A DNA stretch of 64,000 nt from the human T2T-CHM13v2.0 reference genome, Homo sapiens, in NCBI RefSeq assembly GCF_009914755.1, contig NC_060944.1; one strand, given 5' to 3'. The notes beneath the pieces are model-generated. The model was not told the DNA's origin. It did not search any database and saw only the letters and a list, made by a program, of their open reading frames with translations. Position 1 is the stretch's first letter; each line of letters begins with the position of its first letter. Of the stretch, positions 13,385 through 28,410 are shown piece after piece. The translations under genes were made by a program, and so were the position numbers.

Positions 13385-13694
13385 TCTTTTTTTTTTTTTT
13401 TTTTTTTTTTTGAGACAGAGTCTCACTCTGTCGCCCAGGCTGGAGTGCAGTGGCGCGTGATCTCGGCTCACTGCAAGCTCCACCTCCCGGGTCCACGCCA
13501 TTCTCCTGCCTCAGCCTCCTGAGTAGCTGGGACTACAGGTGCCCACCACCACGCCTGGCTAATTTTTTGTATTTTTAGTAGAGACGGGGTTTCACTGTGT
13601 TAGCCAGGATGGTCTCGATCTCCTGACCTCGTGATCCATCTGCCTCAGCCTCCCAAAGTGCTGGGATTACAGGCATGAACCGCCGTGCCCAGCC
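13385..13694 (-). mobile_element. AluY
   Basis: Y-type positions tgcaagctcc, cacgccattctcc and ttagccaggatggtctcgatctcc. TSD tagctcat(t/g)ttctt at 13371-13384 and 13697-13710. Confidence 0.95.
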
Positions 13695-14619
13695 CATAGC
13701 TCATGTTCTTGACCTCAAGCCTGTGCTGCTTTCAAGGACAGAAGAAAATGGATATATCTTGAGAAATCTGGGGAGTCAGGCACTGGGATGTCAAAACGTT
13801 ATCTCTTTCAATCCTCCCCACAACCCTGAGGAGCAGATATAATTACTCTCACGGTTAGCTGAGGAATCTAAGATTATAAGTCCATGCCTCACTAGGTCAA
13901 AGGCTTTGTGTATCTTTGGACCAGTTGCAAGGCCTCCATCCTGAGCTGGATGCTCTCACTGTCAGCAGCCACCTCCTCCTCAGCTACACTGAGCATTCTG
14001 GACCTTCTAGTTTTTCTGCTGTCAACCTTCAGGATTCACCTCAGCCTGAGCCAAGAAAACATGCTTCCTTCTTCACCTTCAAACCACAGACCACCTTTTC
14101 CAAGTTGCTTTTCTGAGTTATCCTGGGTGTCACCAAAAGCCTTCTCGTGCTATCTCTGACCCAGCAGCAAGGCAACTCCAGGATAATGGTAACTGACAAA
14201 CTTCTATTAATTGAATCTCTTTTCCCAATTAAACTGCAAAGTCTTCTAGGTCAAGTATCACAGGTCTTTATTCTGTGACCAAAACAGTTTACATGTGTGT
14301 TTTTCTCTAAGCCTTGAAGAAGATTTACTGAAGGTCTAAATTTACAAGGATACAGTGATATTGCAAGTAACAGATTGCCTGAAACCAAAAATCCTGAGCA
14401 GGAAGACAGCTGTGCTTAGAAAAAACAAAACAAAACAAAACAATAACCCCAAACTTAATAAATCACATACTGCAGAACCTTTTTTCAGCTAGCTCACAAG
14501 ATTGACTTCAGGCACAGTTTTCTTTTGTTCCATACAATTTAAACAGGACAAAGTTGTCTATCTAACGACCCATTTAACCACCTACCCATCCATCTAGATC
14601 ACAAACCCACCTGTTCAGC

Positions 14620-14745
14620 CATCTATCCATCCATCCATCCATGAACCTATCCATGCATTCATGCATGCATGCATGCATGCATCCATCCATCCCATCCATC
14701 CATCCACCCACCCATCATCCATTTATCCATCTTTCCATCATTAAT
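14620..14745. repeat. (CATC)n/(CATG)n compound microsatellite at an L2 tail
   Basis: ccatccatccatcc...atgcatgcatgcatgcatgc...catccatc. Confidence 0.9.
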
Positions 14746-14879
14746 TCAGCAGAAACTTCTCAAAGGCCTACTATATCCTTATCTCTGTCAAGTACAGATA
14801 GAAAGACATATGAGATCCTAATCTAGTCCATATGTCTGATGAGAGAGCCAGACTAGCAAATTATAAAGCAGATGATAAT

Positions 14880-15125
14880 AGCTGTCACTTAAATACTGGG
14901 AGATCAATCATGTGTCAGGTACTGTTTTAAGTATATTGCATGAACTATTTTATTTAATCTTCACAATAACCTTATGAGGCATTATTATCCCTGTTTACAG
15001 ATGAGTAAAGTGAGGCTCAGAGAGGTTAAGGAACTTTCTCACATTTATATAGTTGTTAAGTGGCATGGCAGGGATTTGAATCCAGGGAGTCTGATTTAAA
15101 GAGCCTGTATTAATAGCTATTACAT
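14880..15125 (-). mobile_element. MIR, near full length (representative of many MIR relics in the window)
   Basis: tttaatcttcacaataacctt...tttacagatgagtaaagtgaggctcagagaggttaag...ggatttgaatccagg. Confidence 0.88.
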
Positions 15126-16984
15126 TGTATTATCTTCTGTCATGATAAATTGTATGATAAGGCAACACATGGAGCTGTCAGTCCATACCTGGGGATAGGA
15201 GTGAGGAGGGAAAGCAGGCAAGATGGCCCAAAATCTGGGATGCCTGAGTGGTAAAGTAAAAGAGAAGTCAGATGGAGGAGAGGGGAAGGGAATTTTTAGG
15301 TAGATGGAACTGTGTTTGTGGTTTGGGCAGGTGGGTTAACAAAGTGGGAATGGCAAGATGTTGGAAGGGCTAGTTCCCAAAGAGTTTAAGCAGCTTGGTC
15401 TCAGTCCCATAGGTCACAGGGAAAACCCAGGAAGTCATGTGGCCAAATATTTCTTGTAGGTGAATTATTTTTAGCAGGAGGGTGAGGAGAAAGTCAAAGG
15501 CAGAGTGAATGTGGTTACACCATCACTGACTGGCCAACACAAGAAATACCAGGGGCTTCCTTTGCAGTGGCCATGGGATGGGGAAGAAAGGTCAGCAGTG
15601 TGCAAGGTGTTTAAGACACAAAATCAAAAGGTGATTAAATGTGAATGTATTGAAGAAGACTTCCAAGTTCTCAGCTTAAGTGGCTGTCCACGTGAGTGCA
15701 AGCAGAAGGAGCAGGATTCAATTTTCAGGTGTAGAGGAAGGAGCAGTTTAGAACAGGATGAACAGAAGATGACACATTTTGTTTGGGCGTTTGGGCTTTT
15801 TTCCCACCTCGATAAATCACTCAAAATTATGCCACAGAATTTGGCATCTCAGCAGGTCCTGTTTTATATTTAATCCAGATTAGATGATGTTTCAGAGTGT
15901 GGACTCCATTATCAGATTGTCCAAGTTTGAGACCCAACTCTGCCATTTATTAGGTATGTGATTCCAGGTAATTTCCTTAAACTCTATTTCCATTTCAGTT
16001 TTCTGATCTGTAGTACCCTTAATAAAGTGCACTGCTCTTTTAGCTTGGCCTGAGTTAGCTTTTCTGATTGTCTACCCAGAAACAAAACAAAACAAAACAA
16101 AATTTTGTGGCAATGTGCTCTCTGAAGGCTCAGACCATGGCATGTCTTCCACATACTGCCTCCAGCCTTGCCTTGCCACCCTCCTACCACAGGACTTGGT
16201 GCACGAACCATTAATGCTTAATGTTGACATTTAGGTCTGTTCTCTGAGTGAAGCTCTCTTGTATAATCCATAGAGAGTTGATCTGTTCTAATTCCACTGG
16301 GCTCTCCCATTCAACATGTTTTTAGGAAATTCTCAGTATTTGCAAGGCACACTGGAGATGAAGATGAATCAGAATAGACAGCTGATGGTCTAGTGAGGAA
16401 ATGGGATGCAAATACAAAGGAAAAGTATAAGGCAGAAAATAACATGGGTCCTCCCAGAGGGGATCTAGATGGTGAAGAGATTCTGTCCAGATCAAAGGTC
16501 AGGAAGGGTTTATAGGAGAAAGTGCCTACTGAATTAGTCCTTAAACATGGGTAATAGCTGGTCACATGGAGCTGAGAAACACAGGCATTGAAGAAGAAGA
16601 AAGTTCGTAAGCAAAACTTATGGAGCAGAGGTGAGACTTTAGGAGACTTGTCAGAAAAACTAAGAAAAAAATAGAAAAACTAAAAAGCTAAGAAGAACTA
16701 AGAAACTTGTTTCCATATGGGCAGGGAGACAGTATCACTTGACAAAGTTCCCCAGGTGACTTAGACATGTACTTCTTCCCTCACTTCCACCTCATGAACC
16801 ATGGCTATGGAGAAGAAGCCATTGAAGGGTTTCAGATGACAGGTTTGAGAGTACGAGCTTTATTTTTTAACACAATGCTGACTACAGTATGGAGGATAGG
16901 TTAGAGGGGTGGGGCACAGTTAGGAAGGTCAGTGAGGAAACTCATGCAATAGGGCTATAGAGGTCTGACCCAGGGAAAAGACAA

Positions 16985-17062
16985 TGGAGGAAGAGGAGGC
17001 AGAGGCAGAGGCAGAAAGGAAGGGAGGGAGGGAGGGAGGGAGGGGGAGAAAGAGAGAGAGAC

Positions 17063-17095
<33 letters not shown>

Positions 17096-17100
17096 GAATG
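16985..17100. repeat. GA-rich low complexity: (GAGGCA)n, (GGGA)n, (GA)n/(GAGACA)n
   Basis: Read directly from the sequence. Confidence 0.9.
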
Positions 17101-20100
17101 AGACCAAGAGAATGTAGAGAATCCTGGGTGTTGGAATCCCATCTGTTTGTTGATGGGATAGGAGGTAGTGCCTGTGAATGAGATGGGAAACAGGTTGGGG
17201 AGTAGGTAATGATTTTGACTTTGACTACGAAATACCTGAGGGATTTTCAAGGTAGATGTCCAGGGGCAGATGATATGGATAATGGAGCTCTAACAAGAGA
17301 AGACTGATCTTCAGGCCAGCAAAACTACAACCACCGGGTAGTGTGATAAATACACAAATGAAGACTAGCATGTATGGCACAGTGGCTGCAGAGGAACATC
17401 ACTGGATCTTCCTGGGGCAGGAGGCTGGTGGAAAGGCTTTGCTGAGATGGTAACATTTGGGAGTCCTACTAGGAAGAACAAGAGGCTGAGAGTCAGAGTG
17501 TGATAGGAACTTTGTAGGTTAAGAGAAATCTCAGGACATTTCATTCAGGGAAACAGCATGCTCAAAAGAAGAAAATAGCGAAATTGGGAAAAACAAGCCC
17601 CAGAGAGGAAAGTGGTACCGAATCTGAGTCACATGTTTCTTAGTCCAGGATTTGCTTATTTCCTGTCAGTCTCCATGGACTGACAGAGTAGAAGGTAGCA
17701 GCATGAGCTCTAGAGACACTGAGACTGGGTTTCCACATCAACTCTGCCCAAAACGTTCACCAACTCACGTGATCTTTTCGAACTTCAGTTTCTTCTTTTC
17801 AAACAAGCAACAGACCTAACCTACTATGATTATTAGGAATATTAAAATCAGAGTATAGCTGCAGTTTAAATGAAAAATGATGCAAATTATGTCAGTGTGT
17901 GAGCATTGATTGCAACCCTGCCATTAGCATATTAGTAACGGGTTTGGAGCTGGCCTGGTACAGTTGATGGTCATGTGGAGATGAATGTTTCTGTAGATAT
18001 TGTGCATTGTAATTCCTTAAGCAGGTTCAGGGAACAAAGCCTATTTCAATAATTAGCTCATTTGATCTTTAGAATAGCCCCATAAAACTGGCTACCTTTC
18101 ATAGAAGGGAAAGCAAAGGCTAAGATTTGTTAAGTTGCTTCTGCAAGGTTGACAGCAAATAAACAGGACTAAAAATTTGGGGCCAGTTTTTCTGATTCTC
18201 TGTCCCATTAGACTGAGAGCTACTGGAGGGCAGGTACAAGTCACAGAGAATTGATGTATAACCAGAGATGCATATAAAATATCAGAATAGACATTCATAT
18301 TTATACTCAAGACACTCCAAATACACTCTTGGAACAGAAGTTTCCATTTGGACAGACAAGGAAAGTTTGGCAAAAGGTTAAGGCTGGACTAGGACGAGCT
18401 GGGCAGGGGAGCAGGGGAGGAGACAGGGTCTGGCTAGAACCATGGATGGTACCAACTTTGAATATACCTCCCTAAAATTTCCTAGTTCTCATTTGAAAAT
18501 TAAAATGTGATGGACGGGTTAGTGTAGGATCCAGGCAAGTCCAGGGGTGCGGATCTTGTGAAAAGTCCTGCATAACTTGGCTTTGGTGTTTCCCTATGCA
18601 TAAGTGCATGGCCATGCTTTGAGCTTTAAGGGACCATGTTCAGACTCCAGGAAGTGTGTCCCAAGGGATAAAATCGAGCTATATGAAACTTGTGTGCGCA
18701 TACATATAATTTCACGCTCCACAAACAAACATTGAATTGTAGACCTTCTCATATGTGAGTGGCTAATGAACACTTTCAACTATTGAGACATGCTGGTTAA
18801 GGCAATAATACTTGATCTTTTCATCTTAATTTGCATTAAAGGCACACAGTGCCCCATGGTATTAAGTTAAGAAAACATAGAGTTGGTCATGCAACCTCTT
18901 GATTGCTGGTTTTGGAGGAGTGGGGAGGATGTCTAACAGTTCTAAGGGGAGGAGGCAAGGGACGAAGATGATCAGGACTGCAGTGCTGAGTCAGTGATGA
19001 AGGTCTTTCTCTTATGTCAGGACTTAACATGGTACTCATGAAAAGGAGGTACATTTTACTACATAATGACATGGGGTACCCATTACAGAACATTCAGAAC
19101 TCTAGATGTGATCGACAGATCCAGAGGAAAAAGATGGAGCCACTATCTAGTGACAGCAGAAGGATGGATATTGTGTAGTTGGTGTGGCTAAAACCACACT
19201 GGTAGTTAACTCTGTCAGTGAGGGGCTCCAGGATCCCTTCTTATAATGCTCATATCATCCTGTTTATGTCCATGCAATCCTAATTCCATATGGTTCCACA
19301 TTCAATACAGCCCAGTTCAAACAGCCAAAGGTAATGCAAAAAGAATTCTAAACTTTAACTTGCTTCTCTTTCAAACTATAAGAGAATCCCATTTAAATCA
19401 CCCACCAACATCTCATATCCCTTTCTCCTTTTCGTTTCTCAAGATCTCCCTCCCCCCGTTACAAAACAAAACCAGGCAACAACAACAAAACACCTCTCAA
19501 GTTTTGTTGATATTCTCTCTTTTCCCTCCTCTATTTTGTATTCAGGTGTCTAAATATAAATTAATTTAGCTTTTTTCATTAAACCCTTCCCTTCATCCAT
19601 GGATCTCAAGCCCATTCTCTGTCTGTCTTCTAGTTCTGTGTCATAAAAGGAAACCCCTAACAGGAAGAGAAAGACTCTCTTTGGACAGTGGCAAGGAAGC
19701 TCTAAAGTCAGTGATCACAAACCTTCAGAGGGAGAAGCTGGGGACATCTTATGTTTCTGGAAACATCTGTGGTTATAGCTTTAGGGGGGCTTTGAGTCAG
19801 CTGAATCTATTAGGAGCAGAAAAAAAACCCCGGAAAGTAACCATGTCCATGACCAGGGAAGGCAGGGAGAAGACCCAGGCAAGCTTAAGCCAGTGGAGGG
19901 GTTGTAGCAGTGTTGGCCTCTGTGAACTTCTGAGTCCAAGCACTGTAGGTGATGATAGGACACTGAGGAGATGTTAACACTAGTATCCTGAGCTATGGTG
20001 ATGAGCCTGCTACTTGGAAGTTTCTTTGACTTGAATACATCTTCCTTTGAGGTAGATGTAGACAGTATTCTGGCCAACAGTAAGTTGGTAGCAGACTCAA

Positions 20101-20799
20101 TTGATCAGTGTAGTATATATTGATATATATATGCAGCTGGGGGGTAGCTGGGGACAGAAGAGGTACACAGAATTTCGCTTTCCTTTGGGGCATCTCTAGA
20201 CACAGGAAGACATTGTAGGTTAGTGGAAAGAGTGCAGGCCTATGTTCAATTTCTCTCTTCCTCCCCATTTTCTCCTCTTCTCCTCCTACCCTCCCCTCCC
20301 ATCTGTAAACTGTTCCAATCAACTAGGCCAACAAAATGTCTTATTTTCTTCAAAAGATGCCATATATGTAAACACTGATTAGCACCCCACAACATGCAAT
20401 GCCCAGGTTTTGCCTCCTGGGGAGAAATGGTGATCATGTGATGCCTGTTGATTGGGTCTGATGGACAGTTTTGATAGACATGAGAGTTGATGAAGATACT
20501 CAGAGGAGGTTAAAACTACCACAAAGGACTTATTTTATAGTTGCTCCTACCCTGGAAACATAAAGCCTTTTCCTCCCTCCCAAAAAGTCACACTCACACA
20601 TTTCAGAAATAGCTGTGAGAAGGAAGTGAAATTTCTTCACAATCTCACAGATGATGGTGACGTGGGTTAAGCCAGGCTTTAGAAAGAGCAAAATTGGAAG
20701 AGCATATCTGATTTACAAATCAGTGGCAAAGAATAATAAAATTTCAGGTCTATCAAAGAGGTATTCAGTTCCATTAATTTGGGTGGACAATCCCAAACT

Positions 20800-20881
20800 C
20801 ACCTCTGCCTCTAATATATCTGTAACTCTAAGAAACATTTCACCTCTGCCTCTAATACATCTGTAACTCTAAGAAACATTT
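20800..20881. repeat. 41-bp tandem duplication (2 copies, 1 mismatch)
   Basis: cacctctgcctctaata(t/c)atctgtaactctaagaaacattt x2. Confidence 0.96.
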
Positions 20882-22658
20882 CAGTGATCTTACATGTACA
20901 ATGTGCTTACTGCTCCCAGAGAAATCAAAAGTCATATACTACCCTATGTAATAGCAGCAGACTAGTCACTGGGACATATAATGTGGCCATGTGTTATCAG
21001 TGATGATGGTGATATGACAATGTAGTGTTGACCTTAACCCTTTGAGGGCTATTCACCCCCAATATTAACATAATACCTTCTGTTACCCCTAGTTTCTCCA
21101 ACCAGAAAATCAGTAGATGGAGGAGAACCTTAGCTCTTAAGCCATTGTGCTGGGAGCTTGAGGCAAGACATGATCCTATTAGACAGAAAAATGTCAAGAA
21201 GAAATGTCCTCACAGTTTAATGCCCTGGCCAGAGGCTAGTATGGTTGATCCAAAGCAGAACCAGGAGAAAGAGAGAGAGGGACATCCTGGGGCTTGCATA
21301 GCCAAGAGAGGGTTGACTGCATGTGTAGTGGGGACCCTAGTATTTCTAAATCACTGATTGCTGGAAATGGGGATATTGCTTTTAAAAAATTCTTCATTTT
21401 ATATTCATGTGGTTCCTAAGGTAGGAGCTGGAATTAGTTGTTAGGGGTATTCTGTTCCTTTGTTCTGGTAGGAAACACATTTGATGAGCATTTTTCATCC
21501 TATAGATGGAAGCAAGTTCCCAGCCCTTGTTCTTGGGGTTGCCCTGAACTCTGTGCATAAGCAAACCCAGAGCTTCAGGCTGAGGTGTTGGTTTGGTTAA
21601 TAATGTAGAAGGCTCTTTTGCCTGGGAGCAGGGCACAATACACCACCTAGTATTATAATGTGGATAAATGTTTTGTTTGCTATGATAGACTGAGGAGTGG
21701 GAAGGTAGAGACTAAGGTTGGGGCCCTGGCATTGAAACTGAGAAGACGTGGAGGTGGGAAGTAGATGTGTTAACATGGTGGCAGGCAGGGGCTAAGGAGA
21801 GGGGCGAGTAAGACTCTCTGTTTAGAGGAATAACCAGTGCACCCTGTGGACAGGGATAGCTGATATTCACCCTTTGTATTTTCTTCCCTCTGTAATTTCC
21901 TTGTGTTATCCTCAAGCCTTGTGAATGCCTCTTAAACAGAGGATGCTGGTGTAGTACATCTTGGAAATAAGGGAGGAATCTGTGTGCATGCTTTCGTGAG
22001 AAATGCAACTGGAGAAAACACACAGTATGAGCAAACTAGTAGCTGGCCAAAGGAGTCCAGGGAGACATGCTTTTGAGAGGTGACAAACAACAGCAACCCA
22101 GCTGGGAAGGTTCTGTGGGACAGGACATAGTACAGAGCCTGTAATAGGACTTGTAATTGGGAACTCTCACACCACTGTAGACTCTATCTCTCATGGAGAG
22201 GGCAGCCTGGGATGCTATTATTTGACCAGTGGAAATCAGGGGCAAACGGAGGTGAGAATGGTAAAACATTACTTTCCTGCAACTGCGTTTCTGGACTGAT
22301 CCATGTTCCTGGGGCTCCCGAGCTATCTTGATGACATGATTGATAACAACACAGCAGTTAACTCCTATAAGACTCAATTCATGATACGTGGAATCCCATG
22401 GCACATCGCGGTGGCCCAGTCATAGGGATCACTGGCCCATAAGAAAATGGCCACCTCAGGACCACCTGCCAAACAGGCAGCATGCACCCTTCAAACAGCA
22501 ACACAATGAACCACAGCCGGCCCATGTATTTCCGGACCTCAATGGTTATAACAGAAGATCCCTGCTGGACAATGATCAACAGAGCAAAAACCTGGCCACA
22601 CAGCAGTGTTGAGGTCACCTCGGGTCAGCAGAGTCTTGCAGGCAGCAGCAGAGACTCA

Positions 22659-23040
<382 letters not shown>

Positions 23041-25304
23041 AGGTTCTCACTTGGGCAACTGTGTTGAAGCATTCTTTTCCTTAAGGCAAATCAAGTTAAG
23101 ATTTTTTTTTCTCTCATATTGCTTTGTCTCTAGGATCAAACCATGGAACACTGGGAATTATACCTAACCCTACATTATTCTTTCAGGTAAATGGTGGAAA
23201 TAACAGCTTTATTTTGGGGCAACACAATTTAAATAACTAGATTTTTAAAGATAAAAAGAGGTTTTTGTTTTGTTCTTTATAGGGAACAAATGGTAGGGCA
23301 AAAAGTTTGTATATTCAAGGGAACTTGAGTACACCTTGGGTTCAAAAAAACACTTAAATCTGATCAATTCCATTTTTAGCATTTAATACTAATGCAACAT
23401 GCTCTACCAGGTGTTAACTTGCTGACACAATCCTCAGTAGAGGAGGCAGGTCACTGGCCACTTACTATACATCCTTAGCCCTATCCTGGGTAACTTCATG
23501 GATCTGGCCTGGTCAGTCCTCACAAACATTCCCAAAGGTAGACGAGATACTGATTTTCCCATTTTATAGATGAGAAAACCAAGGGAAGTTGCTAAAAGTC
23601 ACATGGCTGATAAAGGTCAGGGCCAGAATTCCACAGGTTTCCTGATTCCAATTTTAGACCTCAGTGGTCAGAAACCCTGAATCCCTTCAAGTCATCTAGT
23701 TCCTCAATCCCTTCTCCCTAAAACAACCATTCTGCTTATGCCATAACAAAGTAAGCAGGCAAAGAATGCCAAGAACCAGTATCTTCATGCTACGTACTAG
23801 GGATCAGAGGCAACATCTTATTTCAGACATTCTAGAGAGTAGTCCAGGGGTTATCAGCACCCGAAGTGAATTTCCTCCTGCTTCTATTTATATTCCTATT
23901 GGCGCCAGCCTTTAAGTGGGAAGCAGCTTAAAGTCCAAACCATCCTCTTCCTAACTCATTCCTTCTTTTCTTCCACATCTACATCAGCTCACTCTTCATC
24001 AGCCAATACGCTTTCTCTGAGCCTGTGCCCCTGGGAGAGTTTCTCCCTCTTCTCTAAATTCTATTAACACTTTATAACACTTTGCACATGCCTCACAATA
24101 TCTTTTACTACAATGCACCAATATTATTAGTTATTTGTTTTCACATCTGTCTCCTCCAGTGGTCTGCAAACTCCTCAGGGGCAAGATTACGCCTCGTTTA
24201 TCTTAGTTTTCCCATGTTAGCACAGATTCTGACTGGTAATAGGGCTCCCTAAATGTTTGTGGTTGTTTAGTGTTTAGCTAAAAGGATGACGTCTCTGCCC
24301 ACACACATTTGTTCTCATGGAAGCAAATTGAGTTTTCTCCTTTTTAAAGTCATTTATTCATAGAACTCAGCAGAGTCTTGAGTTGAAGGAATGCTACTAC
24401 CCAAAAGCTATGGTCCTGATTCCCAAAATGCACTGATGTTTAAGCCCTCCAGCACATTGATGCACCCCCTTTTTTTTTGCTTAAGAGCATTAAGTGTTTC
24501 CTCTCTCAGAGCACTTTCCCCAAGCTGTTGTAACTTAGACATGTTGGGTTTACTTGGCCAAGTCTCTCTAGTGAGAATGGTAAGTCACCCTATTCATCTC
24601 TCTAATGCCAGTGTCTAGCACAGGCCTCCCTCCTCATCATTGCTGCTTAACAGATAAATTATAACATAATATGAGGGTGAGTGAACCACAGTTGTGGACT
24701 TTATTTATCCATTCAATCATTCATTATTTTGCCATTGAGTGGCCATGTGCTGTGTGCTAAACTATGCTGTCTGTAGAGTCAGAGATTCTGTTCCTAGAAG
24801 GACTTCTGGATGAGGAATTTTATTCATTCCTTTCACAAGCTAATGGCAAAACCAACTCATCAAATTCCAGGGCTGACTGAGTAGACTCTTCTCATCTACA
24901 GCCCAGAGAATTCCTGAAAGAGTTGGCCACCATCTCTTCAGCAGGGCTGGTCTGACATTTAGGGATGGGGGGACGAGGGCTGGTTCTGAGGAGCTCCCAT
25001 GCAGCCCCCATTTCCCAGGCTGGAGACATGATTTCTGAGATGTGGCTAATCCACAATGTAGCAAGCATAAAGGAAGGGGAGAATCTCAGATCCAAATTTC
25101 CTCAATATTGATAGAGTCTTTTTATTTAGATTTGGAGGAAGGGTTGTCTCTGGGGCATTCACTCACTGGCACAGCCCAATTTTACTTAGTGTGCCTGCTA
25201 CCAGGTCCTGTTCTAGAGACTAGGAGTGCAATGGCAAAGAGCCCCTAGAGAGGATCCTATTACTCTAGGAACAATGCTATTAGCTTGGTCTAATGAGACT
25301 CATA

Positions 25305-26600
25305 CTTCATTCCTTCAGTAAGTGATCATAAATACCCTCTATGTGCCAGGCATTTGGTGATACAGTGGTGAGCAAAACAGGAACAGTTCCTGCTCTCAAA
25401 GAGTCTACAATTAGTGGTGGTTGGGGGTAGGGGAATATAATTAATAAATCAAGAATCAGTAATAGCAAACTTGAACCCTGTTAAGGTTTGAACAGAGAAG
25501 CACATGGCACTTGTAAATAGATACTTGCATAATTAAAAAAAATGCATTGCTTCTTGGAGCAATTCACCCCTAATAGGGGTGAGTTCCAAAGGAAGACAGG
25601 CTGTAACCAGGCAAAGGGACCATGAAAGCAGCATATGGGAGCAGCAGGAGAAATAGCCTTGCCTAATGGGGCAAGCACCCTGTTGTACTTAAAAAACAAA
25701 AAAAAGAAAAGAAATGTAGTATAACCAGGGCAAGAAAGCAAGGAGGGAAAGATGAAAAAGAAGCTGAAGAGGGCATCATGAATGAGTCCACACAGGATAT
25801 TACTGGCCACAATGAGGGCTGTTGTTCTTTAACCAAAGGAAGACAGGGCACCATTTAAGTGTTATTCAAGGAGCAATGATATGGTCAGATTTGTATTTCC
25901 AATAGATCATTCCAGCTTTAGTGTGGAACCAAAGTGGATTGGTGAAATGAGTTTTGAGACTACTGCGGGCATTCAGATGGGAGTTGATAGTTGCTTAGGC
26001 TCAGGTGATGACAGTGAAGATAGGCAGATGTGATAAAAGAGACAATTACTTGAAATAGTTATAGATAAAATCTGTTGATGGATTGGATATGGGGAATAAA
26101 GGAGAAAGAACTGTCAAGGATGACCACAAATCTTTGCACGATAGGGTGGATGGTGGTAATGTTTACGGGTTCCAGACACAATGGAAAAAGAATAGCTTTA
26201 GGGGGAAAATATATCTAGGGCAACTGGAGCTTGAGATATACTCCAGCAAAGTATGTAGTCAAAAATGCGATCTGGAGCTCTAAATTAAAGGTCAGAGTTG
26301 GAGGCAAAAATGTGTGAGTCATATGTACACAGATGGTATTTGAAGCGTGGGGGCCTGTTGGTGAAATCACCCTGGGAAAGAATAAAGAGTGGAAGGAGAA
26401 ACAGACCTAGAATAGAGACTTGAGGGTCTGCAGTATTTAGTGAGTAGAGGGAGATAAGCCTGAATGGGGAACAGGAGTGACCAGACAGGTAGGAAGTAAA
26501 CCCGGGAGAGTGTAGTATCCTAGAGCCAAGAGAAGAGAATGTTTCAAAAAGGAGGGCATGATCAACTATGCCAAAGGCTGTTCCCAGGGTAGAATCAAGT
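25305..26600 (-). mobile_element. L2 (LINE2) fragments
   Basis: L2 3' end in reverse (tcattccttcag...tatgtgccaggca...tgctctcaaagagtctacaat) plus ORF2-derived purine-rich body (gaggtcagagttggagg...gatggtatttgaagc). Confidence 0.7.
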
Positions 26601-28252
26601 CCACACACAAAGGAAAGTGAAGATCTTGGATGAGTATTAGAAAAATTTTCCCAAAAGAATTCCAAGACATTCCTAAATAGAAGCAGCTTCAGCAACGACC
26701 ATAAACCTACAAAAGAACATACTTGAGGGCCACAGAAGAACATTCAGGGGATTCGGAGAGGCTGTCTGAAAGTCCAGAGCCTAGAGGTTTAGACGAATTC
26801 AATGAGTTCAGCCAACAGGCAGCAGAGCTGAAATCACAGACTTTACACAGGAGGTTTTTAGAAAAATCCATGCTTGGTTGGTCTAACTAGACATCAGATA
26901 CAGGAACGTGAACATTCCCTGGGACAGGGAAAATCCAGCTTTGCCTTTGGCACTCTTTAGGGGAACTTGCCCTAGACTCTGGATATTTGTGCCTCTGTTC
27001 ATAGTGGAAGTGTGTTGACAGGGTTCAAAGGTGATACAGGGATAGAGGAAATGGACTAAAGGCAAGACAGCATCCACGTGTGACTCCCATATCTGAGGGA
27101 TGGACAGAGGATGGGAGGGTCCCGCTTTTGTGGCAGAGTCAGGTGTGGCCACAGGGATTACATCTTAAATGCTCAGTGGAGCAGAATGTGACCTGTGATG
27201 GGAGTCATAAAAAAGCACATCAGGGTTGGCTACTGATGGGGCCATTGGCAATGTGGTGCGCTTTCCACAGATGCCAGCAGTAGGTCCATATAGAAGGCTA
27301 TCTGTCTGACTCAGTGGCCCCAAAATCGAAAGGGACTTTTCAGAGGGCTATCCCACTGGAAGCCCTTCAGTGGGATAACACCTGCGTTACTTTTACCCCA
27401 AGCATATCCTTTCCATGAGAGTCAGGCTTAGTATCAGCCTTAGTCCCTAAAAGGCTGTCTCCGACTCTGGGTGACTTTGTTTTATTAAGCAGGGCCTGGG
27501 GATTTGGGAACTGGGAGAAGGAGGAGGGATTTGGGTGCATCTTCCTCATCTTTACCCTCCAGAGGACCCAATCTGAGAATAGGCCAAGCAAATCAGAATT
27601 GGCATCTAGGCAGGCACCAGATGATAAATTTCTCCAATTGGGGAAGCTTTGAGGCTCTACTTGAGTCTCCTGTGTGATGTGATAACCAAAAATAATCTTG
27701 TGAACTCAGCTTGTACTGACAGGAGACTCCCTCTCCAACATCATGCTGCAAGCCTCACAAGCCTGACCTGACGGCACAGCCAACTGTGTCCTCTGAGCTC
27801 TGAGCACTCCCAAAGGCTGAACCAGTTCTCAAAGCAGCTGCTGCTGCATCCTGCTGTCTATTCTTTCCCCAAATGCCATGATGGCTAAGGATCCAGTCTC
27901 CTCCTAGCTCCAGCCCAGAGTCTTAATCTGGCTTTTATATGTGCTACCTGTCTACTCTTACATATGGAAACCTGGTGCACAAGGCATGGCCCTTGGTTTA
28001 TTAAGCTCTACTTCCCTCCCTCAATATTAGCTCCATACATAGGGTCTAGTTGCCATGTTTTCTCTCTCTGCTGCCTCCTCCCATGCTACCCAGCAACCCT
28101 CCCAGCTGATTTTCCCCAAGGATTACTGAGACCTAACAAGGGCAGTGCTGCCCTGCTCTACTCTGCACTGGTCAGAATGCTCTGGTGAGTCCTGTCCAGC
28201 TGTGAACCCAACCTCTCAACAGGGACCTCCAGAGTGAAGACAGGCCATGAGC

Positions 28253-28410
28253 CTTGCTACTCAAAAAGTGGTCCATCGACCAGAATATTGGCGAAACTTG
28301 GGAGTCTATAAAAAATGCAGTATCTTGAGCCCTACCCCAGACCTACTAACTCAGCAGCTGCATTGTAACAAGGTCTCTACATGATTGAGGTACACATTGA
28401 TTGAGATGCA
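28253..28410. mobile_element. MER5A-like MITE
   Basis: ctactcaaaaagtggtcc...aaatgcag...gccctaccccagacctactaactcag...tgcattgtaacaag. Confidence 0.78.
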
